DNA of 37,133 nt from a virus (IMGVR_UViG_2531839477_000018); one strand, 5' to 3'. Positions 25,996 to 35,308 are shown, counted from the stretch's first letter. Notes: generated by a model from the sequence alone, not told the origin. Program-made: numbers and translations.

Positions 25996-26940
25996 TTAAA
26001 TACTCCCCGCGTTATACCACGTTCCATTAATGCAATACTGAATTGGCCTTGCCTGTGTTGTATCAATTAATTCATCACGGTTTCCGTTAACTGAACCCGT
26101 AACGACATAACCTGACCTGTCAGACCAGCCGGGACCATTCCATGTCTGAACAGATGACAGACCGCCAAGACGAATACCTGTAATAAACCTTGAGTTACAT
26201 TCTGCCTGCGTATATGCACCAACATCTCCCGCTGATGGCTTACGTGTTGTGGTGTAAATTTCTGACCAGTCAGCTTCGAATCCGTAACCATCACGCGCTG
26301 AACGATAAAAAATACCGCCGTTCCTGTAATTCACACGGAACTGTACGGCAGGGCAACTCCCCGTATTCATATTGAAGTGGAGGATTAATGTCGATGCGCC
26401 ACCAATATTTGCGTTATAGACCCCGCTATTCCAGTTCCAGCCAACAGCTTTATCATTTCCGACAGTGCTTCCTGTTTGCCCTAAAGCAAATGCAGGCTGC
26501 TGGTTTTTCGTGTTGTAGTCTCGTCGCCAGCCAGGAGCATAAGCATCACCATGATTAATATAAGTGAATTGAGCGTTAGTGATTCCGCCACCGCTGGACG
26601 TGCTCGGCGTGGTAACACGTATGGTCATTGCGCCGCGAGTGCCAATAACTTCCACCACAGCACCTGCAAGACAAATATTTCCGCAACCTGTATCTGTAAT
26701 GACCTTATTATTTGCATAAGCCCATGAGCCTTTGCACATCCAGTAAGGATGGTTAAATGCCCCCTGACTCTCCAGCCACGAAATAAATTGCACAGTTGTC
26801 CAGACCTGACTATCGCCACCAATATCCACCCATGCGCTATATGCGCGACAGGCCCCAATATTTTTGGTGAAGGTATCTTTTCCCGGAATATCTGCGCCGT
26901 TCTGGTTTTTCTGTAATGCGCCAGAAGCCTGATTTACCGT
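25996..26940 (-). CDS. Alternative tail fibre variable C-terminal segment (H'), promoterless, fused to the constant part only after inversion
   Basis: Minus-strand frame is open from the right crossover site and stays in frame with the H constant region across the site (..[14 protein letters not shown]..); ORF-track 25996-26829 is its Met-initiated tail. Confidence 0.65.
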   Translation of the reverse strand, partial: TVNQASGALQKNQNGADIPGKDTFTKNIGACRAYSAWVDIGGDSQVWTTVQFISWLESQGAFNHPYWMCKGSWAYANNKVITDTGCGNICLAGAVVEVIGTRGAMTIRVTTPSTSSGGGITNAQFTYINHGDAYAPGWRRDYNTKNQQPAFALGQTGSTVGNDKAVGWNWNSGVYNANIGGASTLILHFNMNTGSCPAVQFRVNYRNGGIFYRSARDGYGFEADWSEIYTTTRKPSAGDVGAYTQAECNSRFITGIRLGGLSSVQTWNGPGWSDRSGYVVTGSVNGNRDELIDTTQARPIQYCINGTWYNAGSI

Positions 26941-26966
26941 TTCCTGTAAACCGAGGTTTTAGATAA
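26941..26966. repeat. Invertase crossover site, right (gix/hix-like)
   Basis: TTCCTGTAAACCGAGGTTTTAGATAA, reverse complement of the left site apart from flank mismatches; ~55 bp upstream of the invertase gene. Confidence 0.8.
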
Positions 26967-27020
26967 TGGCCGTTTCCGGCCTGCATGGCATGATTTGCGC
27001 TTTTGGACGGGAGATTCAGC

Positions 27021-27608
27021 GTGCTGATTGGCTATGTAAGGGTATCAACAAATGACCAGAATACAGACCTGCAACGAAACGCTCTTGTTTGTGCAGGATG
27101 TGAACAAATATTTGAAGATAAATTAAGCGGGACAAAGACAGACCGACCGGGATTAAAACGCGCTTTAAAGCGCCTTCAAAAAGGTGACACGCTGGTTGTC
27201 TGGAAACTGGATCGCCTCGGGCGAAGCATGAAACATCTGATTTCTCTCGTCGGGGAACTACGGGAGCGAGGGATTAATTTTCGCAGTCTGACCGACAGCA
27301 TAGATACATCTTCTCCAATGGGGCGTTTTTTCTTCCACATGATGGGTGCCCTGGCTGAAATGGAACGTGAATTAATTGTTGAACGTACACTGGCCGGACT
27401 GGCGGCAGCGCGCGCACGGGGGCGCACAAGCGGACGTCGACCGAAGCTGACAAAAGAACAGCATGAGCAAATAGCAAGGCTGATCAAAAACGGGCACGAC
27501 AGAAAACAACTGGCAATAATTTACGGCATTGGTATATCGACGATTTATCGTTACCACCCCGCAGGAGAATCAAGCGGAACAATTGAGAAGAGTCAGGAAA
27601 CAAAATAA
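27021..27608 (+). CDS. Serine site-specific DNA invertase (Pin/Gin/Hin/Cin family)
   Basis: Probable GTG start giving ..LIGYVRVSTNDQNTDLQRNAL.. (catalytic Ser in VRVST); closely resembles E. coli e14 Pin as recalled; C-terminal HTH; ORF-track start 27003 is an upstream in-frame ATG. Confidence 0.9.
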   Translation: MLIGYVRVSTNDQNTDLQRNALVCAGCEQIFEDKLSGTKTDRPGLKRALKRLQKGDTLVVWKLDRLGRSMKHLISLVGELRERGINFRSLTDSIDTSSPMGRFFFHMMGALAEMERELIVERTLAGLAAARARGRTSGRRPKLTKEQHEQIARLIKNGHDRKQLAIIYGIGISTIYRYHPAGESSGTIEKSQETK

Positions 27609-27636
27609 CCGCTAATCTGGCCATTAGCGGTTTTTG
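27608..27636. terminator. Hairpin terminator between invertase and U (possibly bidirectional)
   Basis: ACCGCTAAT-ctggcc-ATTAGCGGT perfect 9-bp stem followed by TTTTT. Confidence 0.5.
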
Positions 27637-27643
27637 TGTTAAA

Positions 27644-28138
27644 TCAGAACAGCCCTTTAACTGAACTGGCCGCACTGTTAAGAGATGATGTCACCTTATC
27701 TTTGAAGCCGGACAGCATATCGCTGAATGATGAGGATTGCAGGCGCTCCCGCAAATCCTCATCACAGCGTTCAAGGGTCAGTGAAAATTCTATCTTTTTC
27801 GCCTTACCGTAGCGATCAAACTCGGAACGGGTCGTATTCGTTTCAGTCAGCACATACATGCCGTAAATCTGCCCGACACCATCAATCAGAGGCCAGGGGC
27901 GTCCTGTATATGCCTGCGTGGTCAGCAACGAAAGCGACACTTCGCCACCTGTAATTTCAGGATAAAGCACGCCGGAAAGCACAATGCGATCATCACCTGC
28001 ACCGATATACTGCCAGCTTGCTGAACGGTTAACGCGTTCATTTTTCACATGCCGCCAGCTTTTGTTTTGCTGTAACTGCTGATGCGGCAGTGTGCGCAGC
28101 TCAAAAACAAACATGCCGTAGATCATCATCATGGCCAT
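27644..28138 (-). CDS. U: Tail protein (P2 gpU-like)
   Basis: 164-aa ORF; remembered similarity to P2 U (..SWRHV.ND.RV.RSA..QY.G.G.D.I.LSG.LYPE.TGG.VSLSLL..); last gene of the T-U order on the minus strand. Confidence 0.8.
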   Translation of the reverse strand: MAMMMIYGMFVFELRTLPHQQLQQNKSWRHVKNERVNRSASWQYIGAGDDRIVLSGVLYPEITGGEVSLSLLTTQAYTGRPWPLIDGVGQIYGMYVLTETNTTRSEFDRYGKAKKIEFSLTLERCDEDLRERLQSSSFSDMLSGFKDKVTSSLNSAASSVKGLF

Positions 28139-28144
28139 GACTCC

Positions 28145-30988
28145 TCAATCTTTATCGTAAAAACTGCCACGCCCGGCACGGGCGCGCCGTTCCATTTCTG
28201 CCCTGACCATTTCACCGACCAGTTTCGCCAGTTCGCGGGGATTCTGCGTAACAACGTTATGCAGATGAACATGAATTTCACCACCAAATCCGGAGGCAAC
28301 AGGCTCCCGGTTACGGGAAGTTACAGGAACTGATGCCACTGGCGATCGTATGGCCTCCGCCACCGGGCGGGAGCTGGCCGCAACAACAGGGACCAGCGCC
28401 GGAGGCAGCGGAGCCGGGACTACGGGTGTGATATTAATTGCGGGGGCAGGCTTACTGACCTGCGCAATCTTCCGCTCCTGCCACTCCCCACGAACAGCAA
28501 GTGCGCGGGGCAGGTTCTTAAAGACAATATCGCCGGGGCCAATGCGTTTTTTCGTCTCATCAACCAGCTTACCTGTGTTATCAGCAATTTTGCTGAGTCT
28601 GCGCAGCGTCCCGGTATTGCTGTCTGTGAGCGGTTTGTTGTCTTTGGGGTTATCACCTCCGGTGCCATTGCCATTTTCCACAGGCTTCGGCGGATTGATT
28701 TTCGCCAGGTCCCCCTGAAGCAAGGCAACCTTGTCCTGAAGAATGGCCGCACGCTGTGCGTCTTCGATTTTCTTGCGCGCCCTTTCCGCTTCATCCGGAA
28801 GGACGCCAAGTTTTTCAAGTATCCACGCCAGCGTATCCAGCAGCATTTTTGCAGGTGTCAGAACAAGTTGTAACGCACCGCCAAGAACGTTACCGAATAT
28901 CTCGCCAGCACTGGTACATTTATCCAGCGTTTCCTTGCTGGACTCCATCGGTGACAGCAGCGATTTAAAACAGTTAAACACCTGGCTGATCCCGCTTCCG
29001 ATTGCGTCAAAAACAGGGCCAAACCGTTCAAAGGTTTCAAGCAACGGGTTCAGCCTTTCCATAATCCCGCTGAACACCCCGGCAAAAAATGCCCTGATGG
29101 GATCCCAGTATTTCCAGATAAGAACGGCAGCTCCGGCAAGCGCAGCCACGATAAGACCAACGGGACTGAACAGCGCCCCGATAGCGCCTCCCAGCAAAGA
29201 AACGGAACCCGTCACCATTCCCCACAGCGCAGGCAACACCCTGACGACATTCATTGACCGGGTAAGAATGTCAAAACCAAGACGCAGGGTGGCCAGCTTC
29301 CCGTAAAGCACCCCAATAACCAGCGACAACGAGCCAATCGTTGCAGTCATTGCCAGCAACGCACCGCCTGCTATCAGTAGCTGGCGCGTCAGTACCGGAT
29401 GGGCCTGCGCCAGCGAGGTGATTTTTTCAAGCACCCGCGTGAGCCACTGCGTGACAGAACGCAGCGGACCGTCAACCAGATCACTGATGCGAATACGAAG
29501 ACCTTCCCATGCGCTGTCGAGATTTTTCAGGTCCCCATCAAGATTATCGGCCATTACTTTTGCAACGCGATCGGCCTCTCCCCTTGCCCCCTGCAATTCT
29601 CTGGTCAGTTTTTGCAGCTCTCCCGAACCAGCCGCCGCAACAAGCGTCTGCAAACCAACGAACGCCTCTTCTCCGGCGATGTCCTTGAAGAAGGAGACCT
29701 GGTCCACCTGTCCGTATTTTTGTGTCGCCTTATAGAGATCAAGCAGCACATCCTCCATCGGGCGCATTTTGCCTCTGGCGTCAGCAACTGACACCCCCAG
29801 CTCTTTCAGTGCATCAGCCGCAGCTTTTGGCGGTGATGCAAGGCGGGACAGACTTGCGCGCATGGCCGTGCCAGCATCGCTTCCGCGAAGACCATTATTG
29901 GCAAGCATCCCGGCCATGGCCGCCGCTTCTTCAAGACTGATACCAAGTTTTGCGGCAACCGGACCGGTATACTTCATGGTTTCGCCCAGCGAGCGTAAAT
30001 CAGTATTGGTCCGGGTAAATGCTGCTGTCAGCGTATCGCCCACCCGGCCCATTTGATCGGCTGTCAGGTTGAACTGTGTGAGGATATTGGAGCCTATATC
30101 AGCCGTCTCGCCGAGTTCGACGCCACCTGCCAGCGCCATATTAAGAACACCGGGCAATGCGGCCTGAATGGCCTGCGGAGTAAAACCAGCCATTGCCAGA
30201 AAGCTCTGCCCACTGGCGGCATCACTCGCAGTAAACTGTGTTTCAGAGCCAAGTTTTAACGCCTGCTCACGCAGCGCCTTAAACTGCGGGCTGTTTTTGT
30301 CGATTCGCGTCAGTGCCTGAACGCGGGACATCTCTTTGCCGAACCCGATCGCAGGCTGCAAAAAACGCCCGGCAGCATAGCCGCCCGCCACTGCCGCACC
30401 AGTTGCCAGCGCACCACCTGTTTTCAGTTTTCCAGCGGTTTCCTGCGCACGCGAATACCGCTCACGCGCCCGCGTTACACGCGCAAGCGCCTGCCGTTCG
30501 CGTTCAAGCTGGTTGTTGTATTGTTCGGTGCGTCTGATAGCCTGCTGGATGGTGTTATCGCTGCCTGTCAGGGAAATGCCGTGGCGTTTCAGTTCTCCGC
30601 CAAGCTCCCGCATTTTCTGAATTTCCCGTGTGCGCGATTCATTCAGGCGTTCAAGCCGGGTGCTTAACTGCTGCATCAGCTTTTGTTGTTTTTCGCTGAG
30701 CACTGTACCCGTGCGTTGTAACTGATTAAGGGCGTTAAGCTGGCGTCGTGCTTTCACGATACCCGCATCCGCTTTACTGACAGCGTCGCGGGCGCGCTCA
30801 AATGAACGCGCCTGACGCTCGAGATTTTTGATCGCCCCCTGCGTTCGCTGGATGGAGTCACCAAACTGCCCCATCAGGCGGCGGGCGTTTTCGGCAGGCC
30901 GGGTCAGCCTGTCAACGGCGCTGAAAGCGACCCGGATATCAAGAGTCTTCATTGTCTGCACTCCCGCTGCGAAGTGCCGCCCGCTCAC
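28145..30988 (-). CDS. T: Tail tape measure protein (P2 gpT-like)
   Basis: 947-aa ORF, Ala/Gly-rich with long helical N-terminal part and TM-like central segments; downstream of E/E'. Confidence 0.85.
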   Translation of the reverse strand: MSGRHFAAGVQTMKTLDIRVAFSAVDRLTRPAENARRLMGQFGDSIQRTQGAIKNLERQARSFERARDAVSKADAGIVKARRQLNALNQLQRTGTVLSEKQQKLMQQLSTRLERLNESRTREIQKMRELGGELKRHGISLTGSDNTIQQAIRRTEQYNNQLERERQALARVTRARERYSRAQETAGKLKTGGALATGAAVAGGYAAGRFLQPAIGFGKEMSRVQALTRIDKNSPQFKALREQALKLGSETQFTASDAASGQSFLAMAGFTPQAIQAALPGVLNMALAGGVELGETADIGSNILTQFNLTADQMGRVGDTLTAAFTRTNTDLRSLGETMKYTGPVAAKLGISLEEAAAMAGMLANNGLRGSDAGTAMRASLSRLASPPKAAADALKELGVSVADARGKMRPMEDVLLDLYKATQKYGQVDQVSFFKDIAGEEAFVGLQTLVAAAGSGELQKLTRELQGARGEADRVAKVMADNLDGDLKNLDSAWEGLRIRISDLVDGPLRSVTQWLTRVLEKITSLAQAHPVLTRQLLIAGGALLAMTATIGSLSLVIGVLYGKLATLRLGFDILTRSMNVVRVLPALWGMVTGSVSLLGGAIGALFSPVGLIVAALAGAAVLIWKYWDPIRAFFAGVFSGIMERLNPLLETFERFGPVFDAIGSGISQVFNCFKSLLSPMESSKETLDKCTSAGEIFGNVLGGALQLVLTPAKMLLDTLAWILEKLGVLPDEAERARKKIEDAQRAAILQDKVALLQGDLAKINPPKPVENGNGTGGDNPKDNKPLTDSNTGTLRRLSKIADNTGKLVDETKKRIGPGDIVFKNLPRALAVRGEWQERKIAQVSKPAPAINITPVVPAPLPPALVPVVAASSRPVAEAIRSPVASVPVTSRNREPVASGFGGEIHVHLHNVVTQNPRELAKLVGEMVRAEMERRARAGRGSFYDKD

Positions 30989-31468
30989 GCCAGCTAACCA
31001 CTTCGCCGGGCGTCATCATGAAGATTTCGGCGGGCGACCAGTTAAAAATAACGGCAATATCTGCCACAAAGTCTTCTATGTGCTCAAAGCACACAACCGT
31101 GATCAGGCTTCCGTCGCCTGTTCGTTCTTCCCGCCAGAGTCCGCACCGCTCAAAAAATTTACGGCAACCACACATAACTGAATAAAGTCACGGGATGCCA
31201 TTTTTTTGATCGTCACTTCATCCAGTCGCGGTGATGTCACGCGTGACAGCAGCGTAAACATGGATTCCGCTTTCAGATTCAGCACATCAGACAGCGACAA
31301 ATCTCGCAGAGATCCAGCCTGCTCAATAGCTCCGGTGATCTCCACATACGTGATTTTTTCGCCGCCTCGCTCAATTGGTTGGGTAAGTTTTACGCCACGC
31401 TCACTGGTTTCTTTCACAGTGTCAGCAACGACCGTGTTTTCGGTATCGATGTTTTTCGTCTCTTTCAT
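30939..31468 (-). CDS. E: Tail assembly chaperones E and E+E' (programmed -1 frameshift product)
   Basis: E frame 31103-31468; E' frame 30939-31175 overlaps it; slippery heptamer TTTTTTG on the minus strand at 31151-31157 lies in the overlap, as in P2 E/E'. Confidence 0.7.
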
Positions 31469-31522
31469 CAGGAAACTCCTTTCAGTCAGAGGCGACGCAC
31501 TGCGCCGCCTGCATATTACTTA

Positions 31523-32035
31523 TCAGCCAAGCCCGAGCGCGGAACGGATGCGATCGGGCACAATGTCCTTGCCGTCCTTCCGGTAAATGAAGTTCAGCAG
31601 GTCAATCTCCCACAACGGGCGATCGTTAACACTCAGCTTGTAATAGGTGTTTTTAATGGCGTAAGTGTGTGATGTGGCTTCGCCCTGTTTGGCTTCCCCC
31701 ATATCAATTTCCGTCACACGTCCGCGCATTTCGACTTCATACAGGTCGCTTTCTGCATCGGTGTAGTATTCACCCGCAAAACGCAGCAGCGTGCCGTCAA
31801 TCGTGCCGCCATACTTAAGGAACAGCTCACGAACTGCGCCCCCCATGACAAAGCTCGCATCAAGCGCGGAGTCGTCCAGACCGAGATCAATACTTACCGC
31901 ACCCATCATGCCGCCCCCCCGGTAGCTGTCGGTTTTGCGCGTCAGTTTGGGCAGAGTGACGGACGTCACCTTACCCACTTCGTTTTCACCATCCACAAAC
32001 AGCGTAAAAAAGCGAAGATGTTTTGGCACAGCCAT
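31523..32035 (-). CDS. FII: Tail tube protein (P2 gpFII-like)
   Basis: 170-aa ORF directly after sheath gene; size and order match. Confidence 0.85.
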   Translation of the reverse strand: MAVPKHLRFFTLFVDGENEVGKVTSVTLPKLTRKTDSYRGGGMMGAVSIDLGLDDSALDASFVMGGAVRELFLKYGGTIDGTLLRFAGEYYTDAESDLYEVEMRGRVTEIDMGEAKQGEATSHTYAIKNTYYKLSVNDRPLWEIDLLNFIYRKDGKDIVPDRIRSALGLG

Positions 32036-33219
32036 CAGGCACCTCCCAGCACCGCAAATGCGGGTTCAAAGTATTCATCAGTAAACGTCTGGTAAAGCTC
32101 CATGTCTTCCAGTGGCGGAACGGGCGTATATTTGTAGCGAATACGCACACGCCCCTGACGTAAATCCGTGGTGCTGTTATCCACCACGTCATACCAGCAC
32201 TCCGCGCCAATCAGTTTCCCGGCAGTAACCAGTGAGTCCAGTTTTGCCCTGATGGCACTGATAACATCCTTCACGTTCGCAGGCGTCAGTGGACTGTCGA
32301 TGGTTTCAAACTGCGCTTCCGCAATTGAATCAGCCAGCACCTGTGCGGTTCGGGTATACACCTCAAAGATGTAGGCGTTCGTTTCCGGTGTGCGGTTGCC
32401 CCAGAAGCGGAACCCGTTGCGACGAATAATGGTCGTGATTTCTTTGTTGTTGAGGCTGTTGGCATCGCTGTCTTCGGCCTGCAACGACCAGAACACATGC
32501 CTCGACATCCCCAGCACATTTTTAACCGGAACGTTGGACAGTGATTTGTGCCAGCCCTGCTCATGGTCAATGTACGCACGAAGGCCGCACGCATAGGCAG
32601 GCGCGGGGAACGTTTCGTTTTTGCCACTTTTCGGGTTGTAGGCAATGAAGTCAGGCCATAAGAGCATCACCTCACGTTCGTTGAATTTCTGGCGGTAGGT
32701 AATCGCCTCAGCCATCGTGTTACAGCCGTGACATGAGGCATACACAAACGCGCGCAATTTACCCGCAATCACGCACAGGGATTTTGTCACCGCCTCCGTA
32801 TCCAGCTCCGGCGCGGCCAGAATACGCGGACGGTATCCGATGCTTTCATCCTGCTCTGCAACAAGCAGCGCATACATCCCCGTATAGCTGCCGTCATCCT
32901 CAGAACCACCGATAACCAGTTGATCCTGCGTCTTTCCGTCTTCTTCTTTGTGTTCAGCCACGCGAACGACGATCACCTTTGTGCTCACCTGGTCTGCGAT
33001 GGCCTTAAGCGCACGATAAAGCGTCCCCGTTGTTCCGCATTTTCCCAGCACGTCATTGACGCGGGTCAGCAGTGTGGGCTTGTTCAGCGGGAACAGCTTC
33101 GCGTCCGCATCATCCGCCGTTGCCACGATACCGATAACGCTGGAATCAACATCGTTAATCGCTGTTACCAGGTCGGTATTTTCCGTAACACGGGCACCAT
33201 GAAAACGAGTTTCACTCAT
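32035..33219 (-). CDS. FI: Tail sheath protein (P2 gpFI-like)
   Basis: 394-aa ORF with remembered similarity to P2 FI (..FPLNKP.L..V.......GTL...L.AIADQ..); overlaps FII start. Confidence 0.85.
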   Translation of the reverse strand: MSETRFHGARVTENTDLVTAINDVDSSVIGIVATADDADAKLFPLNKPTLLTRVNDVLGKCGTTGTLYRALKAIADQVSTKVIVVRVAEHKEEDGKTQDQLVIGGSEDDGSYTGMYALLVAEQDESIGYRPRILAAPELDTEAVTKSLCVIAGKLRAFVYASCHGCNTMAEAITYRQKFNEREVMLLWPDFIAYNPKSGKNETFPAPAYACGLRAYIDHEQGWHKSLSNVPVKNVLGMSRHVFWSLQAEDSDANSLNNKEITTIIRRNGFRFWGNRTPETNAYIFEVYTRTAQVLADSIAEAQFETIDSPLTPANVKDVISAIRAKLDSLVTAGKLIGAECWYDVVDNSTTDLRQGRVRIRYKYTPVPPLEDMELYQTFTDEYFEPAFAVLGGA

Positions 33220-33376
33220 AGCTTCAGCCCCTTGTATCCGTTAAATGATTCAGCAACAATCATCACCCACCACGCGCGTAATCTCACCCCTGCGCTATTC
33301 TCCCGCCATGGCGACAACAAAAAGCAGTAACCCACTCCGCACGCACATGCGACCATGCCGCACAGGGAGGGAACAG
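33220..33376. promoter_or_regulatory. Divergent control region between FI (leftward) and D (rightward)
   Basis: 157-bp spacer flanked by divergent start codons; must hold promoters for both units; no canonical TGT-N12-ACA box found by eye. Confidence 0.35.
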
Positions 33377-34486
33377 ATGACCGACACCACCATGCAATTG
33401 CTCAGTCAGGGCACAGACCCCGTGAAAATGCCGGATTTTGATATTCTCGCGGAGGGTAAAACGCTGTCCGGCGTGGCAGAGCGCCTGATGAGCCTGTCGC
33501 TGACCGACAACCGGGGATTTGAGGCGGACCAGCTCACCATCACGCTGGATGATGCCGATGGCCAGTTGCAGCTACCGCCACGGGGCGCGCGTCTGACGGT
33601 TCTCATTGGCTGGAAAGGGGAACCGCTGACAGAAAAAGGCACTTACATTGTTGATGAAATCGCTCACGAAGGACCGCCGGACAGGCTGACTGTTTCAGCC
33701 AGAAGCGCAGATTTTCGGGATGAATTTAACGTTAAACGTGAGGTGTCCTGGCATGATGTGACCGTTGAGCGTGTGGTATCCGCCATCGCTCATCGGTACG
33801 GTCTGAAACCGCAAATCAGCGAAATGCTGATGGATATCGAAATCGACCACGCCGACCAGACCGAAGAAAGCGACATGTCCTTTCTTACGCGCATGGCGGA
33901 AATGCTGGGCGCAATCACCACGGTAAAAAGCGGTAATCTGTTATTCATTATGCCAGGCGGTGGCGTGAACGCACAGGGCCAGCCGTTGCCATCGTTCGCC
34001 ATCACGCGCAGCAGTGGCGATCGCCATCAGTTCCGCATTGCTGACCGCGAAGCGTATACGGGGGTACGCGCTTACTGGCTTGATCTTAATTACGGGAAAA
34101 AGAAAAAAGTCAGCGTGAAACGCCGCAAACCGCCAAAACCCAAAAAGGAGAAAAGCAGCAGCCGTGAAGGTGATTATATGGAAGGTGCGGAAGGCAATGT
34201 GTTTGTGTTACGCAAGACTTATCAGAACGAGCAGGCAGCAAGACGCGCAGCGGCGGCAAAGTGGCAACAACTACAACGCGGAGCCGCATCATTCTCCATC
34301 ACGCTGGCACGTGGACGAGCAGAACTCTACCCCGAAATGCATGGCACGGTAACAGGATTTAAAAGCGAGATTGATAATCAGGACTGGATTATTGCAAAAG
34401 CCGAGCACACCATTGATAACAGCGGCTTTACCACGCAGCTTGAGCTTGAGGCAAAAATCCCGGAATGGATAGCGGAAACAGAGTGA
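33377..34486 (+). CDS. D: Tail protein D (P2 gpD-like)
   Basis: Start at MTDTTMQLLSQG with GGGAGG RBS 7 nt upstream; the ORF-track start at 33245 adds a low-complexity leader that is probably not translated. Confidence 0.8.
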   Translation: MTDTTMQLLSQGTDPVKMPDFDILAEGKTLSGVAERLMSLSLTDNRGFEADQLTITLDDADGQLQLPPRGARLTVLIGWKGEPLTEKGTYIVDEIAHEGPPDRLTVSARSADFRDEFNVKREVSWHDVTVERVVSAIAHRYGLKPQISEMLMDIEIDHADQTEESDMSFLTRMAEMLGAITTVKSGNLLFIMPGGGVNAQGQPLPSFAITRSSGDRHQFRIADREAYTGVRAYWLDLNYGKKKKVSVKRRKPPKPKKEKSSSREGDYMEGAEGNVFVLRKTYQNEQAARRAAAAKWQQLQRGAASFSITLARGRAELYPEMHGTVTGFKSEIDNQDWIIAKAEHTIDNSGFTTQLELEAKIPEWIAETE

Positions 34487-34528
34487 GCAACTTAGAATAG
34501 CGGCAGCACCACGTTAAAGGAGGTCGCT

Positions 34529-34789
34529 ATGTTCCGTTGTCCGCTTTGTGGCGCATCTGCCCGTATCCGCACCAGTCGTCCGGAAAATGATTCAAACACC
34601 GTGCGGCAAAAGTATTACCAGTGTAACAACCTGGAATGCGGCGTATGCTTCTCAACACTGGAAGCTTTCCATAAATTCACATCGAAACACGCCTCCGGCG
34701 TTCACTCATCAGAAGGTATCCCGTGGCATGAGCTGCCAGCTTCACACAGGGGAAACAATCAGATGAGTTTGCCTTTACCTCAGAATTAA
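34529..34789 (+). CDS. ogr: Late gene transcriptional activator, Ogr/Delta zinc-finger family
   Basis: MFRCPLCGASARIRTSR...YYQCNNLECGVCFST matches the P2 Ogr pattern MFHCPLC....RTSR...YHQC.N..C...F (four Cys zinc finger); last phage gene. Confidence 0.85.
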   Translation: MFRCPLCGASARIRTSRPENDSNTVRQKYYQCNNLECGVCFSTLEAFHKFTSKHASGVHSSEGIPWHELPASHRGNNQMSLPLPQN

Positions 34790-34978
34790 CAGGCAGAATT
34801 GCCGGAGTAACAAAAAAGCGATAGATTACGTGCGGGTGCCTTTCGGCTGATGGTCGGAGGGAATACCCGAAGGCCGGATGTGGAAAGGCCCCGGAAAACA
34901 TTTCTGTTTAACCGAGGCCCTAACCCGTCAACCTAGCAAGTGATAGGTTAGCGCCTCTCCAACAAAGGAGCAAGCGCT

Positions 34979-35119
34979 ATGTCGCAAAAATCGCTTACGG
35001 CCATCACGTTCTGCGTGACGGTAATCCTCATCATCTGGATGCTGCACGGTTCGCTGTGTGAAATACGGATGAGCTTCTGGGGAGCGGAGTTTGCGGCGTT
35101 CTTACAGTGTAAGCAGTAA
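34979..35119 (+). CDS. Hok/Gef-family small membrane toxin (46 aa), not in the ORF track
   Basis: MSQKSLTAITFCVTVILIIWMLHGSLCEIRMSFWGAEFAAFLQCKQ: N-terminal TM helix and C-terminal LCEIR...AAFL signature of Hok/Gef; AAGGAG RBS 8 nt upstream; structured leader and hairpins around it. Confidence 0.65.
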   Translation: MSQKSLTAITFCVTVILIIWMLHGSLCEIRMSFWGAEFAAFLQCKQ

Positions 35120-35207
35120 GGAAACCGCGACGGGGAGGCAACTCCCCGTCAATCGGTTGCCGGGGTAAGGCCGATAAGGCACCCTATCTCATAGGCATGA
35201 ATAACAA

Positions 35208-35240
35208 CCCCGCAGCGTAAAAACTGCGGGGTTTCTTTTT
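35208..35240 (+). terminator. Rho-independent terminator downstream of the hok-like gene
   Basis: CCCCGCAG-cgtaaaaa-CTGCGGGG stem-loop followed by TTTCTTTTT. Confidence 0.6.
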
Positions 35241-35308
35241 GGAACTCTCACTAGCTAGTGAGCCGTTAACTGCACATAATGCTCGCACAACAAATCAGTT
35301 AAAAGAGA

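Larger units (their letters stand above)
23895..26940. other. Invertible tail-fibre DNA segment (~3.05 kb; G/C/P-segment type)
   Basis: Bounded by ~35-bp inverted repeats; contains two alternative fibre C-terminal ends and two chaperone genes in opposite orientation; invertase gene adjacent. Confidence 0.8.

Noticed and set aside
28350-29306. Plus-strand ORFs of 122 and 187 aa
   Set aside because: Antisense to the tape measure gene; spurious
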